A stretch of DNA of 64,000 bases from assembly GCA_964234715.1 (NCBI GenBank), contig OZ174278.1. One strand, given 5' to 3'. The translations under genes were made by a program, and so were the position numbers. Below are positions 1 to 11,072 of the stretch, piece after piece (position 1 is the first letter of the stretch; each line of letters begins with the position of its first letter). Below the pieces are notes generated by a model. That model saw only the letters and a list, made by a program, of their open reading frames with translations. It made no database searches and was not told where the DNA came from. The DNA is from Podarcis melisellensis (Eukaryota).

Positions 1-1289
1 TTCATATGCATGCCAAACGCATGCAATTGGGAAGTGGCCTGTATCTTGAAAGAGGAAGTGATTGCCCGGCATGAACACTGAAAGGGAACACTGTGTATAT
101 TTATTTGCAAGTCCCACTTCTGCCTCCATATTAGAGAGCAACTACGAAAACCAAGAAGCAGTGGAAACATAAGTGAGTAGTATACTGCTCTGGGTCTTCA
201 GTTTCTTTGAGAGAGGGTAGATGAACACTGTCTTCTTCATGATGAAGGACCTCTTCTTACTCAATGTTAGTGACTCAGTTCAGATGTAACAACATACCAT
301 GGGTGAGCTGGCACATGCTCAGGCAAGCTTGCTCCCCCTTATTTGTGTTCAGTAGGAGGGGTTTTGAAGTTTCCTAGCTTATTAGCTTATTAATAAAATT
401 GGTTGAATAAATTACTATTTGCCACTTGAAAACAGCAAGAAACTACAGTTTGTTACTGTTAGTGAAAGCTTTGATTTTTGTCCCTTGCATACAAAGGGGG
501 AGGGGAAGACACATTTATTTGAGGCTTGTGCTAGGTTCTTGCATCTGAACTGGACCACTGACATACATAACTAGAAGCATGAGGTCCTCCATTTATATTC
601 ATGTAACAAACTGTGGTTGGCGTGTTATGTCTGAACTTGGCCAGTGATTCTCAGTTTACTTCCTGTTGTCACACAAATCATTTCCCTGTTAAAGCGAACA
701 GGGTAATGTTTTTAAAAAATAGGTATGGCAAATCCTTTGTGAACTTTACAATTCATGGCAAAGGAGAGCTCAAACTGGTGAATAAATATCCCTAAGCTGT
801 GTTTAGTTGTAACTTAATGTTGCTTATTTGAACAGTTTTTCAGAACAGAATGTCTTAATTAGAAATATGAAAGCCTGGTAGAATTTTTTTTTTTAAAGAG
901 GAAGTACTTTGAAGTGGCACATTGCTGTCTTTTTCAGAAATATATTCTGGCAGTCTATGACAAAAACAAATCAAAACTTCCTTAAGTCCAGGCATACTGC
1001 AGTGATGAAGTTATTGCCTGAGTGTTTTATGTGCATTCTAATGTTAAAATGTACTTCTTAAAATTGCTAATTTAAGCATATTTAGTTGCTGTTAAAGAGT
1101 TTGATAAAAGAGAGAATAGGAAATGATTCTTATCTGAAAACATGGAGGCCAGCCAATTCAGCTGACAATCCCACAAAATCCCTGGTTGATCTGTGGAATG
1201 GGAAGATGACCTGGATTGGTTGATAGGATCACTCCCAAGTGCCCCTGCTCATTGTATTGCACTCTGTTCCTTGGTTATTTAATGAAATG

Positions 1290-1760
1290 CTTAGGAAGAG
1301 GACTAAAACAGCAATGAAGGAACACACAGGTGATTATAGAACCTTTTAACCATTGCCTGGATGCCGTGATGGACTGTAGATGGCTAACAGGTGGAAGCTC
1401 AATTCAGACAAGAGAGAGGTATTTATGGCCAGTAGACAAGTTGATCTGGTTTGGGAGTACATACTGTTCTGGATGGAGTGGCATTCCCTGTAGAGGATCA
1501 GGTTTGCAGTTTGGCTGTGCCTCTGGATGCCCAGGTGAATGCTGTAGCCAGGAGTGCTTTTGTTCTGCTTTGGCTATTGTGCCCACTACAGCTACACCCT
1601 TTCTCGGAGAAGACAGATCTGGTCATAATGTTGCATGCCTTGGCCATTTCCAGATGTTACTATTGCAGTGTGTTCTGGATGTGCCTTTGAGAAGTGTTAA
1701 AAGACTGTGGCTGATGCAATGCGCAGTGGCTCGGATTCTTCCTAGTATATGTTTCTCAGA
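1290..1760 (+). mobile_element. Degenerate L2-clade LINE ORF2 fragment
   Basis: Frameshifted translation resembling L2 ORF2 C-terminus (HALAISRCYYCS, PLRSVKRLWLMQCAVAR). Confidence 0.65.
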
Positions 1761-2815
1761 TCATGTTGGGGGTGTTGTTGGTTTGCTTTTGTTTTTATTA
1801 TGTATTTTGGTGTCATCATTTTGTCAAAATTTCCTGAGTGTGTGTTAATCCAGGACAGGGGACTTGTGGCCCTCCAGTTTTGGGGATCTAGGCAGCATGA
1901 TCAGTTGTCACATCTGAAGGATCACATTTCTCCATCCTTGTCCCAGAGAAGCTGTTTGCATGCTGCCTTAACATTAGAGTAGACACAGATTTTATTTGAA
2001 ATATGAAAAGGAAGCATCATCCTGATGGTATTGATCTTTTACTTTTAATCCTATTAATTAATACTCTGTGAATTATGAACAGTAATGGCTTTCGGAGCTT
2101 CATAATAAAATCAGTGCTGATCAGAGACATTTAGTGATATAGTTTGTTGTTGACTCAGTTGGTATCCAGATGAGAGGTCGTCACCTATACAGTAAATGTT
2201 TGCATTATCCCTGTTGTTCATGTAGCCCAAACTATATTTTTCCTTTTTAAAAGCACCAGATTGTTTGCAAGCAGTGATCCTTCTGATGCCAAATAGTGTG
2301 TAATCTGGTTATGTTACAACCTGCCTAATCATTGTTCTATGATAAGAGCAATAAATAATAATGTGCTTGTGGAGTTAAACCCTTTCCCCTCCAAGTTAGC
2401 TATTAAGATTACCAGTTAACTACTGTTTTTGCAGTGCAGAAGCAATGAGCTGGTGCCGTTTATGAATAAAATCACTAGGTCTAGTTCCTTCTCTCAGTGA
2501 TTAGAACAGTAAATGCTTTAAGGTCTGCAGTGCAAATAACCACCAACAGTGCTTCCTCTAAAACCCCTTAAGCTAATCAAAATGTATCCAATCTTCAATT
2601 AAACTTAATAAATGAGTGTTGCTTTTATGTTTCAGAGCTGTTGATAACATTTGGATTGGGAGAACCTTAAAGATAGGCAGCATAAATTAAATACATTAAG
2701 TCAGTCTTACTGCTAAGAACTTAATGATTTTCTTTTTTCTGTCCCTGCTCACCCCACCCCACTTTCTGTACTGTATCTGTATGGAATGTATGTATTCCTT
2801 TTATGGTTAGCATTG

Positions 2816-2960
2816 TAGAATTGTAGAGTTAGAAGAGACCCCAAGGGTCATCTAGTCCAACCCCCTGCATTGCAGGAATCTCAACTCAAGCACACATGAC
2901 AGATGGCCATCCAACTTCTGCTTAAAGGAGAGTCCATCACCATTCCACTGTCAAGCAGCT
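2816..2960 (-). mobile_element. CR1-type 3' end fragment
   Basis: tagaattgtagagtt...ggtcatctagtccaaccccctgc...atggccatccaac resembles the reverse of a CR1 3' terminus. Confidence 0.6.
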
Positions 2961-3358
2961 TGTGCTTAGATTTTTCTCCCTGATACTATATGCCGAGATA
3001 CTAATAAGATAAGCATAAGCAAGGCAACCAACCCCCACTCCCATTAGATATAAACCTGCTGTTGCATCTGTATGGGGGATTTTTTTTAGTTTCTCTTCTG
3101 TAGGGAAACTCAGCAAAATGGTCTATCCTATAGCTTTTTGTTTAGGTTTCTGTTGAACACAAAAGGCTGGAAATGTGCTGTGTGTGATGTTCCACATGCA
3201 CACTGTGAATTATATTCGTCAAGTTGTGAGGAGCTGCAGCTGGAAAGGAAAACTGGCAGTTATCCCATAGGTACACACAAGTGCTTCCATACAAGTGTAG
3301 GGCTCTTTGGATCCTGGTCCAATTTAAAACATTATTGAGGAATTTGCCAATGTGTGTA

Positions 3359-3600
3359 CAGTGGTACCTCGGGTTAAGTACTTAATTCGTTCCGGAGGTC
3401 CGTTCTTAACCTGAAACTGTACTTACCCTGAAGCACCACTTTAGCTAATGGGGCCTCCTGCTGCTGCCGTGCCGCCGGAGCACAATTTCTGTTCTTATCC
3501 TGAAGCAAAGTTCTTAACCTGAAGCACTATTTCTGGCTTAGTGGAGTGTGTAACCTGAAGCGTATGTAACCTGAAGCGTATGTAACCTGAGGTACCACTG
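3359..3600. mobile_element. Tc1/mariner (Tigger-like) MITE, family A
   Basis: TA|CAGTGGTACCTC...GAGGTACCACTG|TA; same family at 19289, 42943 and 62363. Confidence 0.9.
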
Positions 3601-5689
3601 TATAGAATTGGCCTTTCATTGCATGTAGAGATCTGAACATTTTGTTCCCTTTGATAGCATAGCAGCCCAATTACGTGCATGTCTCAGAAGAAACTCTCAT
3701 TTAGTGCAGTAGGACATATTCCCAGGTAAGTCCCTTGAATTCAGTGGGTTCTTTAAAGATAGATATATTTAAAATAACAATAAAATAATAAACCGAAAAA
3801 CCTTGCCTAGAACAAATTAGTGGAATGTATTTGGGTCTTAGCAGTATAGACCTGTAGTGTGAAGATAAGTGTATCAAGCCTATACAGGTTTCTGAAATCT
3901 TAAGCTGGAAAAGTGACGCTGTTGGAAGCAACTCCACTGCAGGTAAATGATAGGCAGGAATGGCTTAGCAAAATGCAAATTCAGCAGTAGCAGCGTTTTG
4001 AACAAATGAAGAGTGTGAGCATTCTGCAGGCCCACAGAATATTTTTTCATAGACATATAATTTGTGGTTGGACATGGGATTCCTACTGCAGTGGAATTTC
4101 TAATTACCTGCATACATTTCTTGTAGCTTTTTCTCTAGTCGTTATTTCTTCCATCTTAAGCATCTGATGTAACTCATTTATACATGCTATTTGTGGGCTT
4201 TTGAATCTGAGGAAAGAGTGTTAGGGAATATAATGAACTGCAGCTTTCAGAAGAAAAATGGTCATACTGACTTAAATTATTGGTAGCATATTGCATCTTA
4301 CACATCTTTCACTTGAGTTCTGGTATAGTTTGCCCTTTCAACAGTAGACGCTGCCTTGTGAGTTTGAAGACTCGTATCTGAACCATTTTCATAATAGTCA
4401 GGAAATCAAGATGTTGGGAACTGCTTAGTAAGCTGTGTTGGCTCTGGCACTGTGAATACATAGATACTCTTGGTAAATGGGATATATAGATATTCCTCCC
4501 AAACAAACGTAGTGCTTGGGAAATTTTGTTTTTGACATGTTCGCTTTGGAATTGAAGAAGAAGACGTTTATATGAAGATTAGTGAAATGGAAATAAAGCA
4601 AGTGCCTTATTCACAGCTTTTATCATGATTTGCAAAAAGTGGAATATTTGTTGTGTATGAATATTTAAAGTTGGTAGGCAGTCTCAGGTAGCACATCATT
4701 TAACAATCAAGCAAAATACTTTTGCAGCATGTAGACCTGTGTCTGATTATTTCCTTGTATGACTAATGCCCACAGTTAAACAAGTTGCAGTCTATTGATA
4801 ATAGATTTCCTGTCTTATTTCCTGTGATTATTTGAGAAGAAGGTGAGTGGCTCAGTACTGGCCAATTACAATTTGACATGCTAAGAGACCAAATGGCCAG
4901 GAATGTTACCGTGCTGAATGCTTGTGCTGAGTTTGGATTATCTAGTTGTATTACTCATACCAATACCTTAATGAAAATGCCCATAGCCTCATGGGGAGAT
5001 CAGGCCTTCTTTCCAGTCTTACATTGAGTAATATGGCTTATAAGAAATTAGTGTTGTGAGAAGTTGTGTGGGAGATTCTGTATCTGTAAAAAAGGTTCCA
5101 TAATGTGAGCAAGATGCTTGAGCAACAAAGTGGGGATTCAGTCTTGAGAAGGGGAGTGTAGGAGGGTTTTCCTTTCAGCTTTATGAAAAGAAACAAAACT
5201 ACTATTTTCCACTTTAATCAGTGCTACAAGCTCATTACTGAAGAGCAGTATTCAACAAGATGCTAATGATGAAAGGAAAACTTGCTCTATTATTTCCTTT
5301 CATTTTTGAAGTCTTCAGAATGATATTAAGAAAAGACAGAGCACTTCATATGTGTGAAGATGGGAAACATACAGGTGAAAATAATAAAGAATAGTGGGAT
5401 TTTGGTCCTGAAATAGCTTTGTAAGACATATGTGCCTTTCATGATATATAGATCAAAATACTGAGTTGTAATAAGAACCCATTATTTCATTAGAAAGTTA
5501 AATGTAAACTGTAGTACTTATTTTGTACAAACACACACACAAAATTTAGACAGGCACTATCTCCGATGGTATTTTGGTACCTCCTTAAAATATATTTATT
5601 AAACTAGACTTTTGCAGTTAGATAATTCTGTTTCTGTTCTTTTTGCTTCTGCCTCATTGCAGCTGCATTTTATTTTATTAGTATTAATT

Positions 5690-6100
5690 TGTATCCTGTC
5701 TTTCCACTCAAAGGAGCCCAGGGAAGGAAGCAAACACCAAAATGATAAAACAATGCAATTTAAAATAAAATAAAAACATATTTGAAAACATATAGAACAT
5801 ATAAAAACATTTAAATACAATTGCATACCCAGTGCATGATTTAGGATTGCTGACACATGATCCCATAAGGCTGACCCACTTACCAACCAAGCAGTCATAT
5901 TCTGCACTAGCTGCAGCCTCCAGACTTTCAGGCCAGCCCCACAAAAGAGTACATTACAGTAATCTAAGCAGGTCACCAGAGCATGGACAACTGAAGTCCC
6001 ATCTATTCCAGTCCAGAATAGCTGTAGCTCTCAAACCTGCCTAAGCTAGAGGATAGTAACTCCGGGCCACAGAAGTTACTTGAGAATCCATTGACAGGTT
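5690..6100 (-). mobile_element. Degenerate L2-clade LINE fragment
   Basis: Minus-strand translation CLDYCNVLF...WRLQLVQN, typical of L2 ORF2 C-terminus. Confidence 0.7.
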
Positions 6101-6623
6101 AGGAGAGGGTGAGAAGAAAAACTGGCCTTTTTGTCCCTCCTGGGATTCCCCACTCTACCCTATGAATTCCAGACTGGCTTGTGTATTGAACATGAACCCT
6201 TTTATTGAACACACAGGGACGTTTTGTTGCAGATACCTTATTTAAAGTATTTTAAAGGTATTTATTCATGTATGTTGGTGCTCTCCTCCTTCCTGCCCAC
6301 AGTATATTATTTCAGGTTGTGGTTGTAGTAGGGTGAAATAAAATGATTTGATTGGTCAGTACAGAGCACAAACAACACCTGACTGAGGGGAGAAGGGAGG
6401 ATAGATGTGAGTCCCATCCTGACCAGAGCTGGAGTCTGGGAAGAAGGTATTTAAAGAGAACCTGTTACAGTATATTTGTCAATTCAACCAAGTTAAAGTC
6501 TGCTTCAAAAGCTAAGCTGCAAACACCAGGACTAAAGGAAAGTGATTGCATGCTGAAAGCTGTTGCCCCTAGATGTGTGTTCTCTGTAGGCTTGTGCGGG
6601 TTCCTTGATTTGCATTCAGTATA

Positions 6624-6854
6624 CAGTGGTGCCTTGGTTTAAGAACAGTCCTGTTTATGAATGATTCGGTTTACAAGCTCCACAAAACCAGAAGTAGTGT
6701 CCCGGTTTGCACACTTTACCTCGGTCTAAGAATGGAATCCGAATAGTGGAAGGGCACCGGCAGGAGGCCTCATTAGGGAAACTGCCCCTTGGTTTAAGAA
6801 CGGTTTCGGTTTAAGAATGGACTTCCATTAAGTTTGTAAACCGAGGTGCCACTG
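6624..6854. mobile_element. Tigger-like MITE
   Basis: TA|CAGTGGTGCCTTGGTTTA...TAAACCGAGGTGCCACTG|TA. Confidence 0.85.
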
Positions 6855-7098
6855 TACTTTATTGGCATATTAAGGTAATGTGTTGCTAAAATGCATTACA
6901 TAGGCATGAATATTAAAGATAGGTATCAAGAGCTTTGTTAAAGCTGAATAACTGCCCCCCTTTGATTTATGGACAAACAGGTTTGGGGGTGAGTGGCGGG
7001 GGAAGAAGCTGTCCTTTCTCCTGCTCTGAAGTCTCTTCCCCACCCTTTCCTGAGTACCAGCTTGGCTTGTGGTCTGATCAGAAACACTTGTTCTAGGG

Positions 7099-7234
7099 CA
7101 GGCATAGGCAAACTCGGCCCTCCAGATGTTTTGGGACTACAGCTCTCACCATCCCTAACTAACAGGACCAGTGGTCAGGGATGATGGGAGTTATAGTCCC
7201 AAAACCTCTGGAGGGCCAAGTTTGCTTATGCCTG
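7099..7234. mobile_element. hAT-type palindromic MITE
   Basis: CAGGCATAGGCAAACT...AGTTTGCTTATGCCTG with 8-bp TSD TTCTAGGG on both sides. Confidence 0.9.
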
Positions 7235-7339
7235 TTCTAGGGTCTGTGCATGCAGATACATTTTCATCTGTGTTTCATTGGAGTTTCTAGTGCTTTCGGG
7301 GTAGGGCATTACAAGGAAGGAAAAGAGCATCCTTTCAAA

Positions 7340-7640
7340 TTATGACCACATCTGGAATACCACGTGGACCTGTGTATATTTTTGGCAAATTGGAAACAAT
7401 ATAGTAGATGAATTCTAAAAGACTATAAATGTTTCAAAAGCAAATCTTAAGAAGAGCTAAAGAAACTGGGTAAGTTTAGCCTAGAGTAGAATATTAAAGA
7501 GAAAATATTAAGAGGTTGTCAGGGGAAAGATAACAGATCATTTATCTTATCTGCTGAGGTTACAAACAAGATGCAGTGGTTTTCATCTACAAGTAGGAGA
7601 TGATGGTTACACACTTTGGGGGGAAATTCTAGCTGTTAGA
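7340..7640 (+). mobile_element. Old CR1 ORF2 3' fragment
   Basis: ccacatctggaatac...gagctaaagaaactgggtaagtttagcctagag resembles CR1 PHLEY...LKELG-FSLE. Confidence 0.5.
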
Positions 7641-9307
7641 GCGGGTCAGGGCATGCCACGGTTGACATTTAGAAATAGTTGTTTGTGCTTACATAGGCTG
7701 AAGATCTAGTCACTGATATCACTTATTCACCACCTAGTTGTTTCTCACCCCTTTTCTATCTGAGTTTAACTAAGTTGTTTAATTATGTTGTTTATCTACT
7801 ATATATTTTGGAAAGTAGTTTGTCCTTTATGAACTTGGGTGCCTCTTGATGTATTGTCACATAGACGGTTCCCAAGATAGAGCTGTTTTTGTCTACATTT
7901 TGAAACCACTGGATACCATTTTGAATCAAAACGGTGGGACAAACCTTTACAAATGGCACCATTTTGATACAACAGTTCCCGAGCTAGAGGGGTAGATTTG
8001 GGTCTGTGTTTGGAAACCATTGGATACCCTTTTGAATCAAGATGATGGATCAAATCTTTCCAAAATTCATTGATTTGGGCACCTTTGAAGATACTGTTGC
8101 TCAGTTTGGTATGACAGTTACTGAATTGGAGGGTTTTGGTTTACATTTGGATATTGTCAGACACAATTTTGAGCATTACCAGAATATGTGCATTAAAATT
8201 GCCTTTGGGGCTCAGGCAGCTCCAGAACCTTTCCTGGGTAGTAAGATATTTCATTAATACTGAGTTTCTGGTACAAGCATTGTTTAGGACGTGTCTTAGC
8301 ACTTTTCCTTTTCTTAGTGGACCAAGATGACTTTTTTAAAAATACAACTTGATTAAAGAATAGAATTTACACAAGAACGAAAAGGAAGAACACTACAAAG
8401 TTAATAATACATACACTTCAAATATCAATGACATACCACAGACTACTTTGAATGAGAAAAGTGTGCTAGTTTGGAGAGAAATATATGTTCGAACGCACAC
8501 AGGAGAGGCATCATTGGCCATCTGTCAGGGTCTCACTCTGATGCCAGCCTTGTGCCTCCCTGTTCAGGGTCTGTGTCTCTGAGCTGCCTGTCACTTTAAT
8601 TAATCACAATACCCCCAATGTAACATCACTCACAGTCATCATGGGACATTAAAATGTCAACCTTGCTTTTCCAGTTTCTGAATGGTTCCCAGATTTTGAC
8701 TGTGTGCTCCCTGGGGTCAGAATTTTTTTGTTTCCTTGCTAATGTTACTGCGTGTAAAGTACTATGTACATTGAAAAATACAAGTCTGTGAAGCTTCCCT
8801 GTGTGTTAATCACTGAAAACTGCAGGCTGTTGAAAAGCTGAGATCAAGGCCAACCTTGTAATTTGCTACTTGCCTAAGACAATTAGCAATTTTTATCAAA
8901 GCAAGAAGCTCTCTGGGCTCACTATCTGACCTGTGACATGCATGTGGACATTAGTAAATGCGCTAGTGAAGTATTTTTGCCTGCATTTCTTTTTGTACAC
9001 CTGGAACATGTTTCATTTTTATTTGAAAGTAAACTGTGCCTCTGCAGGAAGGAATGTGAAATTTAATGTTATGCGTACATTAAATAAATCTATGCTAGAA
9101 AGAACTTTGTGAAAAGCAGTTTTGCCCTTAGAATAACTTAATGTGTGGTTTAAAATAAATTCCACTTCCTTTTGTAAAACCAGTTGATTTCCCTGGATAT
9201 CATTCAATAAGTATCAACAAGTTGTTTTCCTTTGCCTTACTTTGTCTTATAAATCTTCTCTTATATGGTCTGATTGCCTACAGTGGCTACTTGAGGCATT
9301 GTTTTGT

Positions 9308-9322
9308 AACAATAGAGCTATC
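9308..9322 (+). repeat. 5' target-site duplication of POLD1 retrocopy
   Basis: AACAATAGAGCTATC, identical to 12937-12951. Confidence 0.95.
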
Positions 9323-9368
9323 GGGCGGGAGACTGGTCGAGGGAGTCGGGGTAGTGAGGAATGCCAAT

Positions 9369-11057
9369 ATGGAAAGCAAACGGAAGGCTTCTGTGGGGGA
9401 GCCTACTCTTTCCCAGAGGAATAAGTCGCGAGGAGGTGATTGGGAAGAGGATGGCCCCTCACAGTTTGAAGAGGAACTGGCCTTTTTGGATGAGGTAGAG
9501 GCTGAGATGGCTCTGGAGGTGAAGGAAGCACAGTTGGTACCTGATGTCATCCCCTTTGGTAATCTCTTCTCATCGGTGCAGAATCCAAAATGGCAGAGAC
9601 CACCGCCTCCCAAAATAAACCCGAAAGAGGAAGCTCTGTGTTTCCAGCAAGTGGAACTAGATTATTATGTGGGCGCTCACCTCCCTGGCTTCCCAGGATC
9701 TACTCAGGGTCCAGTTCCTGTCCTGCGGATGTTTGGAGTCACTGGAGCCGGCAACAGTATCTGCTGCCACATCCATGGCTTTGCCCCCTATTTCTATGTG
9801 CCCGCCCAGGCTGGATTCCAAGCAGAACATCTGGCTGACTTTCAGCGGGAACTGAATGCGGCTGTCATCCGGGACATGCGATCCAACAAAGACGGTCTGA
9901 CCCAAGTTGTTCTGGCAGTGGAGATCTGCAACAAGCAAAACATGTATGGCTACCACGGGCAACATCTTGCACCCTTCCTGAAAATTACTATGGCGTTGCC
10001 CCGGCTAATTGCACCAGCCAAGAGGTTGCTGGAACAGGGACTACGCTGTGGGACGCTGGGAGTGCTCCGCTATCAAGCCTACGAATCGAACATTGACTTT
10101 GAAATCAGGTTCATGGTGGACCGGGATGTTGTTGGCTGCAACTGGATTGAACTGCCTGCCGGAAAGTACCGCCTGCGACAAGAACAGCCTGCTGGAGAAT
10201 CCAGCAAGGATAACCCACCCAAGGTGTTGCTGTGTCAACTGGAGGCGGATATCACCTGGATGGATTTTGTGAGCCACCCGCCCGAGGGAGAGTGGCAGCG
10301 CATTGCCCCCTTGCGTGTGCTCAGTTTCGACATTGAATGTGCTGGACGCAAAGGTATTTTCCCTGAACCGGAGAAGGACCCAGTGATCCAGATCGCCAAT
10401 ATGGTCCTCCGCCAGGGGGAGAAGGACCCTTTTGTGCACAATGTCTTCACCTTGCAGAGCTGTGCCCCTATTGTGGGTTCCCAGGTGCTCTGCTTCCAAA
10501 AGGAGGCGGAGCTGCTCAAGGCCTGGGCAGAATTCATATGGACAGTGGACCCGGACATCATCACTGGTTATAACATCCAGAACTTTGACTTCCCGTACCT
10601 CATCACCCGTGCTCAGACCCTCAAGGTCACCACATTTCCCTTTCTGGGCCGTATTCCTGCACGTAAGTCCGTCATCCGTGACTCTTCCTTCCAGTCCAAG
10701 CAGATGGGCCGGCGAGAGAATAAAGTCATTAACATGGAAGGCAGAATCCAGTTTGATCTGCTTCAGGTTTTGCTGCGGGACTACAAATTGCGCTCCTACA
10801 CGCTGAATGCTGTCAGCTATCACTTTTTGCAGGAGCAGAAGGAAGACGTACAGCACTCTATCATCACAGATTTGCAGAATGGCTCGGACCAGTCCCGTCG
10901 GCGACTGGCTGTGTACTGCCTCAAGGACGCCTACCTGCCCCTGCGGCTCTTGGAGAAGCTCATGTGTGTCATCAACTACATGGAGATGGCCAGAGTGACA
11001 GGTGTCCCTCTCAGCTATCTCCTGGCGCGTGGCCAGCAAATCAAGGTTGTCTCCTAG
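9369..11057 (+). CDS. POLD1: POLD1 retrocopy ORF A (562 aa): N-terminal domain plus 3'-5' exonuclease; translation unproven
   Basis: Begins MESKRK in a strong context (aatATGg). ExoI SFDIECAG, Exo[14 protein letters not shown] and Exo[11 protein letters not shown] are intact. Ends at the premature TAG. Confidence 0.5.
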   Translation: MESKRKASVGEPTLSQRNKSRGGDWEEDGPSQFEEELAFLDEVEAEMALEVKEAQLVPDVIPFGNLFSSVQNPKWQRPPPPKINPKEEALCFQQVELDYYVGAHLPGFPGSTQGPVPVLRMFGVTGAGNSICCHIHGFAPYFYVPAQAGFQAEHLADFQRELNAAVIRDMRSNKDGLTQVVLAVEICNKQNMYGYHGQHLAPFLKITMALPRLIAPAKRLLEQGLRCGTLGVLRYQAYESNIDFEIRFMVDRDVVGCNWIELPAGKYRLRQEQPAGESSKDNPPKVLLCQLEADITWMDFVSHPPEGEWQRIAPLRVLSFDIECAGRKGIFPEPEKDPVIQIANMVLRQGEKDPFVHNVFTLQSCAPIVGSQVLCFQKEAELLKAWAEFIWTVDPDIITGYNIQNFDFPYLITRAQTLKVTTFPFLGRIPARKSVIRDSSFQSKQMGRRENKVINMEGRIQFDLLQVLLRDYKLRSYTLNAVSYHFLQEQKEDVQHSIITDLQNGSDQSRRRLAVYCLKDAYLPLRLLEKLMCVINYMEMARVTGVPLSYLLARGQQIKVVS

Positions 11058-11072
11058 CTCCTGCGGCAGGCC

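Noticed and set aside
1-9300. Upstream CBLB coding exons or another gene
   Set aside because: No Cbl N-terminal peptide (e.g. KNSPPYILDILPD) was seen; short ORFs are random or LINE-derived.
9222-9368. 49-aa hydrophobic N-terminal extension (signal-peptide-like) of the 611-aa ORF
   Set aside because: Starts at TTG in host intron DNA outside the TSD; hydrophobicity reflects the T-rich tract. The true POLD1 start is ATG 9369.
10041-11039. 332-aa antisense ORF and other overlapping ORFs across the retrocopy
   Set aside because: Shadow ORFs expected opposite GC-rich coding sequence; no recognisable motifs.
11055-11057. Selenocysteine or pyrrolysine recoding of the internal stop
   Set aside because: The codon is TAG rather than TGA, the position is Gln in orthologues, and vertebrates lack pyrrolysine.
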